Assembly: GCA_049852185.1 (NCBI GenBank)
Contig: CP187540.1
Length of the DNA stretch: 64,000 nucleotides
Direction: 5' to 3' (one strand)
DNA from: Methanocaldococcus sp. 28A
GTDB lineage: Archaea > AGJL01 > Methanococci > Methanococcales > Methanocaldococcaceae
The stretch's first letter is position 1, and the number at the start of each line of letters is the position of its first letter. Shown here piece after piece: positions 32,000 through 40,132 of this stretch. The notes below the pieces were generated by a model, which was not told the origin of the DNA, did not search any database, and saw only the letters and a program-made list of their open reading frames with translations. Position numbers and translations under genes: made by a program.

Positions 32000-33457
32000 T
32001 TAAGTATATTCTTTAGCAATTTTTTCAAGTTTGTTTTTAATTTGTTCTTTATAATCTTCTTCTGTAGGTCTAAATGCAAATATCTCTAACATACTGGATG
32101 ATTCAATACACTTATCTAAGTCATTTTCATGTATTTTGAATTCTAAATATTCAGCTAAAGTTTGTTCCTCTTTATTATCCGTTATAACTTTAATATCTGC
32201 TTGAACATCTCTTGTAAATACTGGAGGCAACATATTCTTAAAAATTATAAAGGTAAATTCTGGATTTATGCTCTCAAGTTCTTCCTTAATTTTAAGAAAT
32301 AATTGCTTATCATATTTAAGTATTCCAAATTCTTCTAATTTAAGTTCATAGTATCTTTTTGGTAAGCTTCTTTTCAAAAAATTCTCAATCCAAAATTTAA
32401 CATTTAAATCTTTATATTTATTGTCTTCCAGTTCTAATATCTCTTTAAGAAACAAATTATCTGTCCAAAATGAAAAATTAAGTAAAATTTCATCAGTTAA
32501 TCTCTTGGAAGAATCATCATCTATTGGAAGAATTTTTTTGATATCTTCCTCATCTAATTTATCAAATGCTTCAGATAGTATTCTAATTAACATAGCATCA
32601 GTAATGTTTCGAACATGATGCGTATAAACATTCTTATACATTTTATATCTGGCTATTCTTAAACTCCATGTTTCAATCGCTCCTTTTGGTGATACACCTA
32701 ATGTAAAATCTTCACTTATTCTAACGTTTCTCCACAACCTTTCTAAATCATAGTATCCATACATAACACCACAATGATACGAATCTCGCAATAAATAGTC
32801 CCCCTTATCAACATCTAATGAACTATCTATTATACTTCTTAGTATTTTTTGGAGAAAAGTTAAATCTTCTATCTTGTAATCTTTATTAAGAACACGTAAA
32901 ACAGTATTTGCTACAGCCTCTTTAACTTTTTTATAATCTCCAGAATCTGGACCTGAAAGATAACATTCTCTTATTATATGTTTTGCTATCTCAAAACCTA
33001 CTCTTTCATGATTGTAATTTAAGTCTTTTTTTGTGTAATTTAGAGAATCCTCTAACGTATGGCTAAATGGTGCATGACCAACATCATGTAACAATCCAAT
33101 TAATCCTGCTGAAGCTACAAAGAATTGATTTTTCATCTCATCAGATTTTAGATTTTCAGTATTAGGGTCATCATCAATAGCATTGTATATCCTTTCCTTA
33201 GAGATATCATCATTCAGCAAGGTTATTGCTATCAACATTGAAAGATACATCGTGCCTATTGAATGCTCAAATCTTGAGTGTTGGGCAGAAGGATAAACAA
33301 GCTGTTCAAGTGGTAGTTGGCTAACCCATCGTAACCTTTGAAGATATTTAATATCAATTACCTGAACAAATTCATAAGGAACTTCGATAAATTTATATAT
33401 TGGGTCCCTAATTAGCTTAACATTATTTGATGGGAAATATTTAGATACAATATACAT
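32000..33457 (-). CDS. HD-domain phosphohydrolase (SAMHD1/YwfO-like dNTP triphosphohydrolase family)
   Basis: QRLRWVSQL, HSRFEHSIG, LLHDVGHAPFSH, HE, DVDKGDYLLRD, RYKMYKNVY. Confidence 0.9.
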   Translation of the reverse strand: MYIVSKYFPSNNVKLIRDPIYKFIEVPYEFVQVIDIKYLQRLRWVSQLPLEQLVYPSAQHSRFEHSIGTMYLSMLIAITLLNDDISKERIYNAIDDDPNTENLKSDEMKNQFFVASAGLIGLLHDVGHAPFSHTLEDSLNYTKKDLNYNHERVGFEIAKHIIRECYLSGPDSGDYKKVKEAVANTVLRVLNKDYKIEDLTFLQKILRSIIDSSLDVDKGDYLLRDSYHCGVMYGYYDLERLWRNVRISEDFTLGVSPKGAIETWSLRIARYKMYKNVYTHHVRNITDAMLIRILSEAFDKLDEEDIKKILPIDDDSSKRLTDEILLNFSFWTDNLFLKEILELEDNKYKDLNVKFWIENFLKRSLPKRYYELKLEEFGILKYDKQLFLKIKEELESINPEFTFIIFKNMLPPVFTRDVQADIKVITDNKEEQTLAEYLEFKIHENDLDKCIESSSMLEIFAFRPTEEDYKEQIKNKLEKIAKEYT

Positions 33458-33481
33458 TTATCCTCCCCCACAATAACTAAT

Positions 33482-33985
33482 TTAAGTATTTTTAATTATT
33501 TCCTCAATTTTTTTCATTTTTTCTATTAATGATTGAATTTTATTATCATTTAATGAACTTAATTCCGTCCAGCCCAATATTTTACTCTTTAATTTCATTA
33601 ATTCGATATCTTCCTTTGAAAGTGCCTCATCTCCTTTGTCTTTTTTTATCGTATATAATATATAGTTAATTTTAGCTAATAGTGATATTTCCTTAACTGA
33701 AATGTTCTCATTCTTTATGAACTCTATTAGTTTGTCAATTTTACTTTTGTATTCATTACTACTTTCAATTTCTTTTTCCCAAATAGAAACTAATTTTGGA
33801 TTCACCTCTAAATATTGTATAACCCTCTGTATATTCGGACTGTATGGTCCATATAAATAAGGAATATATAGCTCCTTACGTAGTTCTGGAAATATAAAAT
33901 ATGTAATTTTTTGCACGTATGTTCTCCCATACATTCCGTTTTCTTTTAATTTGTTAATTATATATGCAATTACACCCCTTATCAT
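33482..33985 (-). CDS. YwgA/SocA(Panacea)-like winged-helix protein
   Basis: GRTYVQKITYF and YIPYLYGPYS motifs; 24 bp upstream of the HD gene. Confidence 0.65.
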   Translation of the reverse strand: MIRGVIAYIINKLKENGMYGRTYVQKITYFIFPELRKELYIPYLYGPYSPNIQRVIQYLEVNPKLVSIWEKEIESSNEYKSKIDKLIEFIKNENISVKEISLLAKINYILYTIKKDKGDEALSKEDIELMKLKSKILGWTELSSLNDNKIQSLIEKMKKIEEIIKNT

Positions 33986-34265
33986 GAATATCCCTCTTTC
34001 GTGCTCTTAATTTATTATTTTAAATTATAATAGAATATAATAAGAAATATATACAATATTCGGTTATTTAGTATTTCTTTTTTTCGATTTTTTTCTCTTT
34101 GCATATTTTATCACCTCTTTTTTATTTGTGTTATATTTTGTTTATAATATTTATAGCCAAACCTTATTTGGTATCTTCTACATCTACGAAAGTTGCCCTA
34201 ACTACGTAATAAAATAAAACTCAACAAATTGGCTTTATTTTTGTGAGATATGGTTTAATATTTTT

Positions 34266-34485
34266 AGTTGCACTAAGTTGCAAATAGTTGCAAAATATTT
34301 CACGAAGTTGCAGGCAAGTTGCAGAGTTTTTCGCTATAAATAAATATATTAAATATATATAATATAAATAAAAAAATATAACTTGTTATTATATTATATT
34401 TTTATATATATTATATAAGTGCAACTTTTGCAACTTTTCTCTTTTTTCCGAGTTTTTTGCAACTTGTTTGCAACTTACTGCAACT
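34266..34485. promoter_or_regulatory. Putative replication origin: 5 AGTTGCA, ~85-bp AT-rich core, 5 inverted TGCAACT
   Basis: AGTTGCA at 34266, 34276, 34286, 34306, 34317; TGCAACT at 34420, 34429, 34458, 34469, 34479; three more AGTT(G/A)CA at 34637-34663. Confidence 0.75.
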
Positions 34486-34711
34486 ATGCCTTAAAATCAA
34501 TAAATTGCAATAATAAAGAATTATAGGCAATTGTTCAAAAAAATAAGGATTTTTAGGACTTTTAGAAAATTGAACATTATCAGACATTATTGTTGAGTAT
34601 TCTACATATTTTTAATAAATTATTCTGATTTTACAAAGTTACAAGAAAGTTGCAAAAGTTACAAAGAAATATTTAATTATTTTTGTTATTTTGTTAATTT
34701 GTATATTTGGA

Positions 34712-35047
34712 TTAAATATTAGATGATATTAGATTAATTAATAATGATTGTTTTTTAGGAGTAAGTTCTGGAATAACCTCTTCAAGCATATACAATAAAA
34801 CTGCTTTTTTACCTAACTCGGTTAGTTTGCACATTCTTTGAGGTAACCTATATCTTGATTCTTCTTCCCATGTATTTATTAACCCTTCTTCTTCCAGTTC
34901 ATTTAACCTCCTCGTTAATGAGCCATCAGGAATGTGCGTTAATTTTTTGAGAGTCCCATAATTCATTGTTCCATGTTTATAAAGCGTTAATAAAATTTCT
35001 TTAACATACTTTTTTCCTAAAATTGATATTAACCCCATAAAAATCAC
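34712..35047 (-). CDS. Winged-helix (HxlR/ArsR-like) regulator
   Basis: ILGKKYVKEIL..LTRRLNELEEEGLI..LTELGK. Confidence 0.85.
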   Translation of the reverse strand: MIFMGLISILGKKYVKEILLTLYKHGTMNYGTLKKLTHIPDGSLTRRLNELEEEGLINTWEEESRYRLPQRMCKLTELGKKAVLLYMLEEVIPELTPKKQSLLINLISSNI

Positions 35048-35081
35048 TAATTTACTTTATTTTTTAGATATATAACAGAAC

Positions 35082-35414
35082 TTAACAACTACTTTCTATA
35101 ACTTTATCTCCATAAATAATCTTAATTGGTTTTTTATCATCTTTCTTTAAAATATTACAAAGTTCATAAACTATTAAGACTCTTTTACCAAAATCAGTTA
35201 GTGAATAGTAAGTTTTTGGTAATAAATTTCCAGCATCTTCTCTTCTTTTATTAAGTATTCCAGCATTTACTAATTCTTCTAACACATTTCCTAAGGTTCC
35301 CTTGTGAATTTGTAAATCCTTATGAAGTTGCCCAAAATGAACTTCGCCATGAATTGCCAAATATTGAAGGATTTCTTTAACATGTTTTTTTGCAAGTAGT
35401 TTTATAAGGTCCAT
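35082..35414 (-). CDS. Winged-helix (HxlR/ArsR-like) regulator
   Basis: LAKKHVKEIL..LEELVNAGIL..YYSLTDFGK. Confidence 0.85.
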   Translation of the reverse strand: MDLIKLLAKKHVKEILQYLAIHGEVHFGQLHKDLQIHKGTLGNVLEELVNAGILNKRREDAGNLLPKTYYSLTDFGKRVLIVYELCNILKKDDKKPIKIIYGDKVIESSC

Positions 35415-35439
35415 AAAAAATCACCAAGCATCATTGTAT

Positions 35440-35817
35440 TTATATACTTGCATGTGCATTATTTGTATTAACATCAAATGTAATTTTATTCTCCCCAGCA
35501 ATTTCTAAACTGACTGTGCTTATTAAAGACTCTTTTTCTAATTTATCAACAATGTCTTCAATTTTATAGAGAATTAAAGCACTTCTACCTTTTGGAGTAA
35601 TCCCGTAATAGGATTTTGGTAATTTTTGTCCAGTATCAACTTCCCATTTTTCAACAAGACCAGCTTCTATAAGTTCATTTAAAATATTTGTTAATATTTT
35701 CGAATTTATCTTTAATGTTTTTTGAATTTCACTAAAATACATATTCTTTTTGTTTAGCAGTTCTAAAATCTCTCTTGCATGTTTTTTTGCCAATATTTTA
35801 ATTATCATTTCTCTCAC
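35440..35817 (-). CDS. Winged-helix (HxlR/ArsR-like) regulator
   Basis: LAKKHAREIL..LNELIEAGLV..YYGITPKG. Confidence 0.85.
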   Translation of the reverse strand: MREMIIKILAKKHAREILELLNKKNMYFSEIQKTLKINSKILTNILNELIEAGLVEKWEVDTGQKLPKSYYGITPKGRSALILYKIEDIVDKLEKESLISTVSLEIAGENKITFDVNTNNAHASI

Positions 35818-35986
35818 CCTTTATTTTTTTATTTTTTTAACCCTTTTGTTAAAAGATAACTAATTTCAATTTAGGTAGTAATTGTTATATATTGACAAAC
35901 TATCATTTTCTACGGTTATTTCGAAAAGTTTATATAGTATAATTATACAATAACTTACCATTAGGTAATAACTGTATGAAGGTGAG

Positions 35987-36175
35987 ATGTTGAAAGTCCA
36001 AAAAGAAACTTGGAAAAAACCAAGAAATGTAAGAATAGCTTTAGTAGGGTACATCAAAGAGCAAGGAAACTCTGCAGGATTTTATCCTTACATTCCTAAA
36101 GAATACATTGGAAAAAGAGCATTATTAATCATAGATTCAGACGATGAAGAAGAATTTGAAAAAATTAAAAATTAA
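35987..36175 (+). CDS. DUF2080-like small (AbrB-like) protein associated with mobile elements
   Basis: GNSAG..YIPKEYIGKRALLII; AGGTGA RBS. Confidence 0.7.
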   Translation: MLKVQKETWKKPRNVRIALVGYIKEQGNSAGFYPYIPKEYIGKRALLIIDSDDEEEFEKIKN

Positions 36176-36184
36176 GGTGATAAC

Positions 36185-37444
36185 ATGGATGAAGTTAGCG
36201 AAAAAATCTTATCATATTTATCAAAAGTAAATAAAGCATCCAATAGAGAATTGGCTGAGGAACTTGGGATTAATAAAGGGACCATATCAAAAGTTTTAAG
36301 AGACCTCCAAGATAGGGGAATAATCAAAGTTGTAGGACAAGAAAGTAAGACCAAATACTACGCCCTTGTTAGACCCTTCCAACAAGCCAGTAGTGATGAT
36401 AACCAAATTCAACACATCCAAATCCCAAAGGATATTAACACAATAACAGGTATTAGAGCTATTATTAGGAATGCTTTAAGTCAGAATAATTGGCATTCTA
36501 CATCTTATAGTCTCCCATTAACAGCACTCTTAATTAGCAAATACACAAATTTGAGGTTAATTATCTTTGGCTCTCAGTATGTAGGAAAAACAACATGTAT
36601 AAAGGCAGTTTATCCTGACTTAGAAAATAATCCAAAAATATTGGTAGATATGCATAGGAAAGACATGTATCAATACATAGACATGGTTAAAGACAATATC
36701 AAAATTATAGAGCAACAATATTTGCACGATTGGAGGTTTGAAGACACTAAGATATTTGATAGGTTTGATGTTGTGCCAAAGTCAAGAATTGCCCCAAGTG
36801 AGTTTTTATTTCGATTCCTTCCTTTAAGAATAAAAATGCCTTCAGAGTTTGATAATGACTTTAAATTCTTTACTTTAGATTTAGATGACTTTAAGATAAT
36901 AAAAACAATTCCTAAAGACATAAAAGATAAATTTATTGAAAAACTCAACCACTTAAAGTTCTTTACAATTGATGTTGGAGCTTGTAGGACGTATTTAGAG
37001 ATTTTAAAAGAGAAAGAAATTGCCAATCTCTACCATGTAGATAGAGAAGGAAACATGGACCAACAGCTTTCAGCAAGGCAGTGGAGGATTGAGAGAGAGT
37101 ATAGTGCAGTATTAAAAAATGACTTCTTAACTGTAAATCATAGAAAATTAAAGGGAATAAACGAGCTTTGGCAACCTGTATCTATGGATAATGGGCTTTT
37201 ACACCATGCATTTGAGATTTTAAGGTTTAGTTACTCATTAAATAAAAATCCAGATGTGGCTGTGGATGATGCCTATAGGTTCATGAAATACATTCTCAAA
37301 ACTTTCACTTTGGTTAAAGAGGATTCCTCAAAGAATAATGTATCATATCCTACTCGAAATGTAGAAAGTGGGGAGGGAGTTTTCAGCATTCCTACTGTTG
37401 GAAGTAGTTATTTCATCCCTGCTAATAAGATGGTAATTCCTTAA
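36185..37444 (+). CDS. N-terminal wHTH plus P-loop NTPase protein, candidate replication initiator
   Basis: NRELAEELGINKGTISKVLRDLQDRG helix-turn-helix; Walker A GSQYVGKT; AGGTGA RBS. Confidence 0.6.
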   Translation: MDEVSEKILSYLSKVNKASNRELAEELGINKGTISKVLRDLQDRGIIKVVGQESKTKYYALVRPFQQASSDDNQIQHIQIPKDINTITGIRAIIRNALSQNNWHSTSYSLPLTALLISKYTNLRLIIFGSQYVGKTTCIKAVYPDLENNPKILVDMHRKDMYQYIDMVKDNIKIIEQQYLHDWRFEDTKIFDRFDVVPKSRIAPSEFLFRFLPLRIKMPSEFDNDFKFFTLDLDDFKIIKTIPKDIKDKFIEKLNHLKFFTIDVGACRTYLEILKEKEIANLYHVDREGNMDQQLSARQWRIEREYSAVLKNDFLTVNHRKLKGINELWQPVSMDNGLLHHAFEILRFSYSLNKNPDVAVDDAYRFMKYILKTFTLVKEDSSKNNVSYPTRNVESGEGVFSIPTVGSSYFIPANKMVIP

Positions 37445-37538
37445 TTATCAAAGGAGGAGGGGTAAATCTGGATAAAATATTGTATCACTTACAGCTTGAC
37501 ATTAAGAGAACATACGAGCTATATAAAATATTAGTCTT

Positions 37539-37793
37539 TTGGTGAGAGGTATGAAAGCTGCTTTTAGTTTATGTAAGAATATAGATAGTAGGATGCTGAG
37601 ATATTATATCCATAAGCTGGAACATCTTGGACATATAGACCCTTTGAAACTTAAGGAGGTTATTGAGGCTAAGAAGAAGTATAGAAAAATTATAACATTA
37701 TCTAACAAAGAGGCTGAGATTTTGAGTAAATATGGAAAAGCATCAAATCTTTACATAAATTATTTAATGTTGGTGGATGGGGATGAGGAATGA
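37539..37793 (+). CDS. MJ0366/DUF2540-like ribbon-helix-helix protein
   Basis: FSLCKNIDSRMLRYYIHKLE..IEAKKKYRKIITL..GKASNL matches my recollection of MJ0366; overlaps the integrase start. Confidence 0.75.
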   Translation: MVRGMKAAFSLCKNIDSRMLRYYIHKLEHLGHIDPLKLKEVIEAKKKYRKIITLSNKEAEILSKYGKASNLYINYLMLVDGDEE

Positions 37794-38766
37794 GAATGAA
37801 AATTTCAATTTTAATCTTTTGCTTATAAAAAAGCCGAGAGGAGAAGAATTTGAGGAAACTGATGAAATTAGACATTGGTTAGAAAAATTTAAAGAGGAAA
37901 GGGAATTCGATGGGATAAAGCCAGAGACTATAAAAGGAGATTTAGCGAGGTTAAAAGTTTTTTTAGGTTTCTGTTATCACAGATTAAACAAATCTCCTGA
38001 TAAGCTTAAAACTCATGATTTTGTTAAGTTTTTCAATTATTTAGAAAAAGAGAGGGGAGTGTCTAAGAATACACAGAGAAAATACTATCTTTTGTTAAAA
38101 GTGTTTTACAAAGTTATGAGGATGCAGCATGTTATAAAAGAGTTTGTTGAAGAGAGTAGGGAAAGAAAGAGGTTTGCTAAGATTGAGATTAAGAAGAGAG
38201 ACCCTGCAGATGCTGAAATAATTAACATGGTCCTACAGAAAATAATGGAGTCAAGGAGTAGAACTAAAATTAGAGATGCTTTGATTATCAGGTTTAAGTG
38301 GGATACTGGTTGTAGAATTTCTGAGATATTAAATCTTAGGTTGAAAGATTGTGATTTAGAGAAAGGAGTTTTTAGAATAACTGATACTAAATCTCATGAG
38401 GAGAGAATTGTAGCATGTAGAGAGGACACATTAGAATTTTTGAGGCAGTATGTTCAATTCAATATTAAGAAAGGACCTAATGATTATTTGTTCCAGAACC
38501 ATAAAGGAGAACAAGTTGATAGAAACTGGATTAGTTATGTGTTTAGGAAAGCTGTTAATGAACTAAAAGAAGAGGGCAAGATACCAAAGAATAAGAGAAT
38601 TGTTTTACACTCAGTTAGGAGTGGGAGAATTATGGATTTGTTGGAAAAACTGCCGATTGATGTTGTGAGTGAGATAGTGGGTCATCACAGCATAGAGGTA
38701 ACTATGAGGTATGTGGATGAGAAAAAGAGATTGAGGGATTATATCAAAATACTTAAAAAAATTTAA
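37777..38766 (+). CDS. Tyrosine recombinase/integrase (MJ0367-like)
   Basis: Full catalytic set: DTGCRISE (R), TK (K), HSVR, GH, TMRY (Y). Confidence 0.95.
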   Translation: MGMRNENENFNFNLLLIKKPRGEEFEETDEIRHWLEKFKEEREFDGIKPETIKGDLARLKVFLGFCYHRLNKSPDKLKTHDFVKFFNYLEKERGVSKNTQRKYYLLLKVFYKVMRMQHVIKEFVEESRERKRFAKIEIKKRDPADAEIINMVLQKIMESRSRTKIRDALIIRFKWDTGCRISEILNLRLKDCDLEKGVFRITDTKSHEERIVACREDTLEFLRQYVQFNIKKGPNDYLFQNHKGEQVDRNWISYVFRKAVNELKEEGKIPKNKRIVLHSVRSGRIMDLLEKLPIDVVSEIVGHHSIEVTMRYVDEKKRLRDYIKILKKI

Positions 38767-38875
38767 CTCTACTATGCATTGGACTTTTTTACTATGCGGG
38801 ATTTATCCTGCATAGTGAATTAACATTAATGTAAAAAAATTTAACAGGAATGTTTAGAAAATAGACATTAATGTA

Positions 38876-38963
38876 TGGCGCGGGGGCCGGGACTTGAACC
38901 CGGGCTGGGCGAAGCCCAACGGGATTAGCAGTCCCGCGCCGTACCAGGCTGGGCCACCCCCGC
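38876..38963 (-). tRNA. tRNA-Ser(GCT)
   Basis: GCGGGGG..CCCCCGC-G-CCA, anticodon loop CTGCTAA, variable arm TGGGC-TTC-GCCCA. Confidence 0.96.
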
Positions 38964-38999
38964 TCTAAAAGCCAACAAACATTAATTGAACATAAGAGA

Positions 39000-39015
39000 T
39001 ATATAAACTTTTCGG
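39000..39015 (-). promoter_or_regulatory. BRE/TATA promoter of tRNA-Ser(GCT)
   Basis: Minus strand reads CCGAAAAG-TTTATATA about 37 bp upstream of the tRNA. Confidence 0.7.
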
Positions 39016-39025
39016 GTTGGTGGGG

Positions 39026-40048
39026 GAGGTTGTCGAAAAATATTAAACTAATTGATAGTAGATAATACGAAATATGAAGCAGGAAGAAAATAAGAAAAGG
39101 AGAGAGAAAAAGAAAAGTTCCAAGAAGCGGGAGGGATATTGGAAAGCTTACGACCTTAGATATAAGAAATACGACATAGTGGAGAGATATACATTTATTT
39201 TACGTATTATAAATAAGTTAAATCACCCCTCGATAGAAAGACGAAGGGTAGGTCGAGCTCTAGCTATATCCCATAATGAATATATGGCTGTTCAAATATT
39301 AAAACATATCTACACACTTAGTTTGAGAGACTTAGAGACCATATCGAATATCCTACCAGTAAAGCATTCAAACGAATAGATTATACCTCTTTGTCAGCCT
39401 TACTTACCTTTACGTATGTAATTATAGACAATTTACTGAAACAGCCCACCAATAAAATATATATCGCTGACTCCACGGGTGTTTCCATAAATAGATTATA
39501 TATTGAATGTATTTATCGAGGAAAACGGACTAAACGACGAGTGTTTGATAAATTGCATATTTTAGCATGCTATTATCCTAACTATGGCTATATTCCAGTA
39601 GTTGCTGCCCGTTGGGGCACTAATTATAGTTCCGATAGTGCAAACTTATTAGAAATGCTTAAACAAATCGATTTTTTAGATATTGAATATCTATTGGCTG
39701 ATAGTGGATACGATTGCTGTGAACTGTTCGAATACTCACTAAATCACAACATCTCCCCCATAGTTAAAACTAAAGAGTTTAAATGGGATTATAAAACCAA
39801 TAAGGTTAGAAAACGAATCAAAGGTATGTTTAATCAAAATTTATATAGATACCGTGGAGTCGTGGAATCCATTTTTGGTGGGCTGGAAACTAAAAACCGT
39901 CTAAAATTAAACGATAGATTGCTAAATATTAGACGAAACAGCACTATCGCTGTTGCAATAGTACATAATAATATTAATATTAATGAGATTATTCGGTATT
40001 AATACATAATACTTCATGCTCTTCCTAATTCAATTTTTCGACAACCTC
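39026..40048 (+). mobile_element. IS5/IS4-type insertion sequence, ~1023 bp
   Basis: Perfect 16-bp terminal inverted repeats GAGGTTGTCGAAAAAT / ATTTTTCGACAACCTC enclosing a DDE transposase. Confidence 0.9.
39074..40002 (+). pseudogene. DDE transposase split into two frames (39074-39379 and 39391-40002)
   Basis: IADSTG, KLH, LADSGYD, YRYRGVVESIFG; frame change near 39355. Confidence 0.8.
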
Positions 40049-40132
40049 TGGGTAATCATAAACCTTAAATATCTTTTCCCTATATAGAAATAATAAATAA
40101 TTATGTAATATTTCCTTGTAAAGGATGAAAGA

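Larger units (their letters stand above)
31495..38875. mobile_element. Integrative element at the tRNA-Ser(GCT) 3' end (left boundary uncertain)
   Basis: Tyrosine integrase ends 110 bp from the tRNA 3' end; regulators, Rep candidate, iteron region and cargo genes lie to the left; no distal att copy found. Confidence 0.8.

Noticed and set aside
34266-34485. Iteron array as chromosomal oriC or a mini-CRISPR
   Set aside because: No cdc6/orc1 nearby and no ORB-like G-string; the 7-bp repeats are inverted about a centre and lack spacers.
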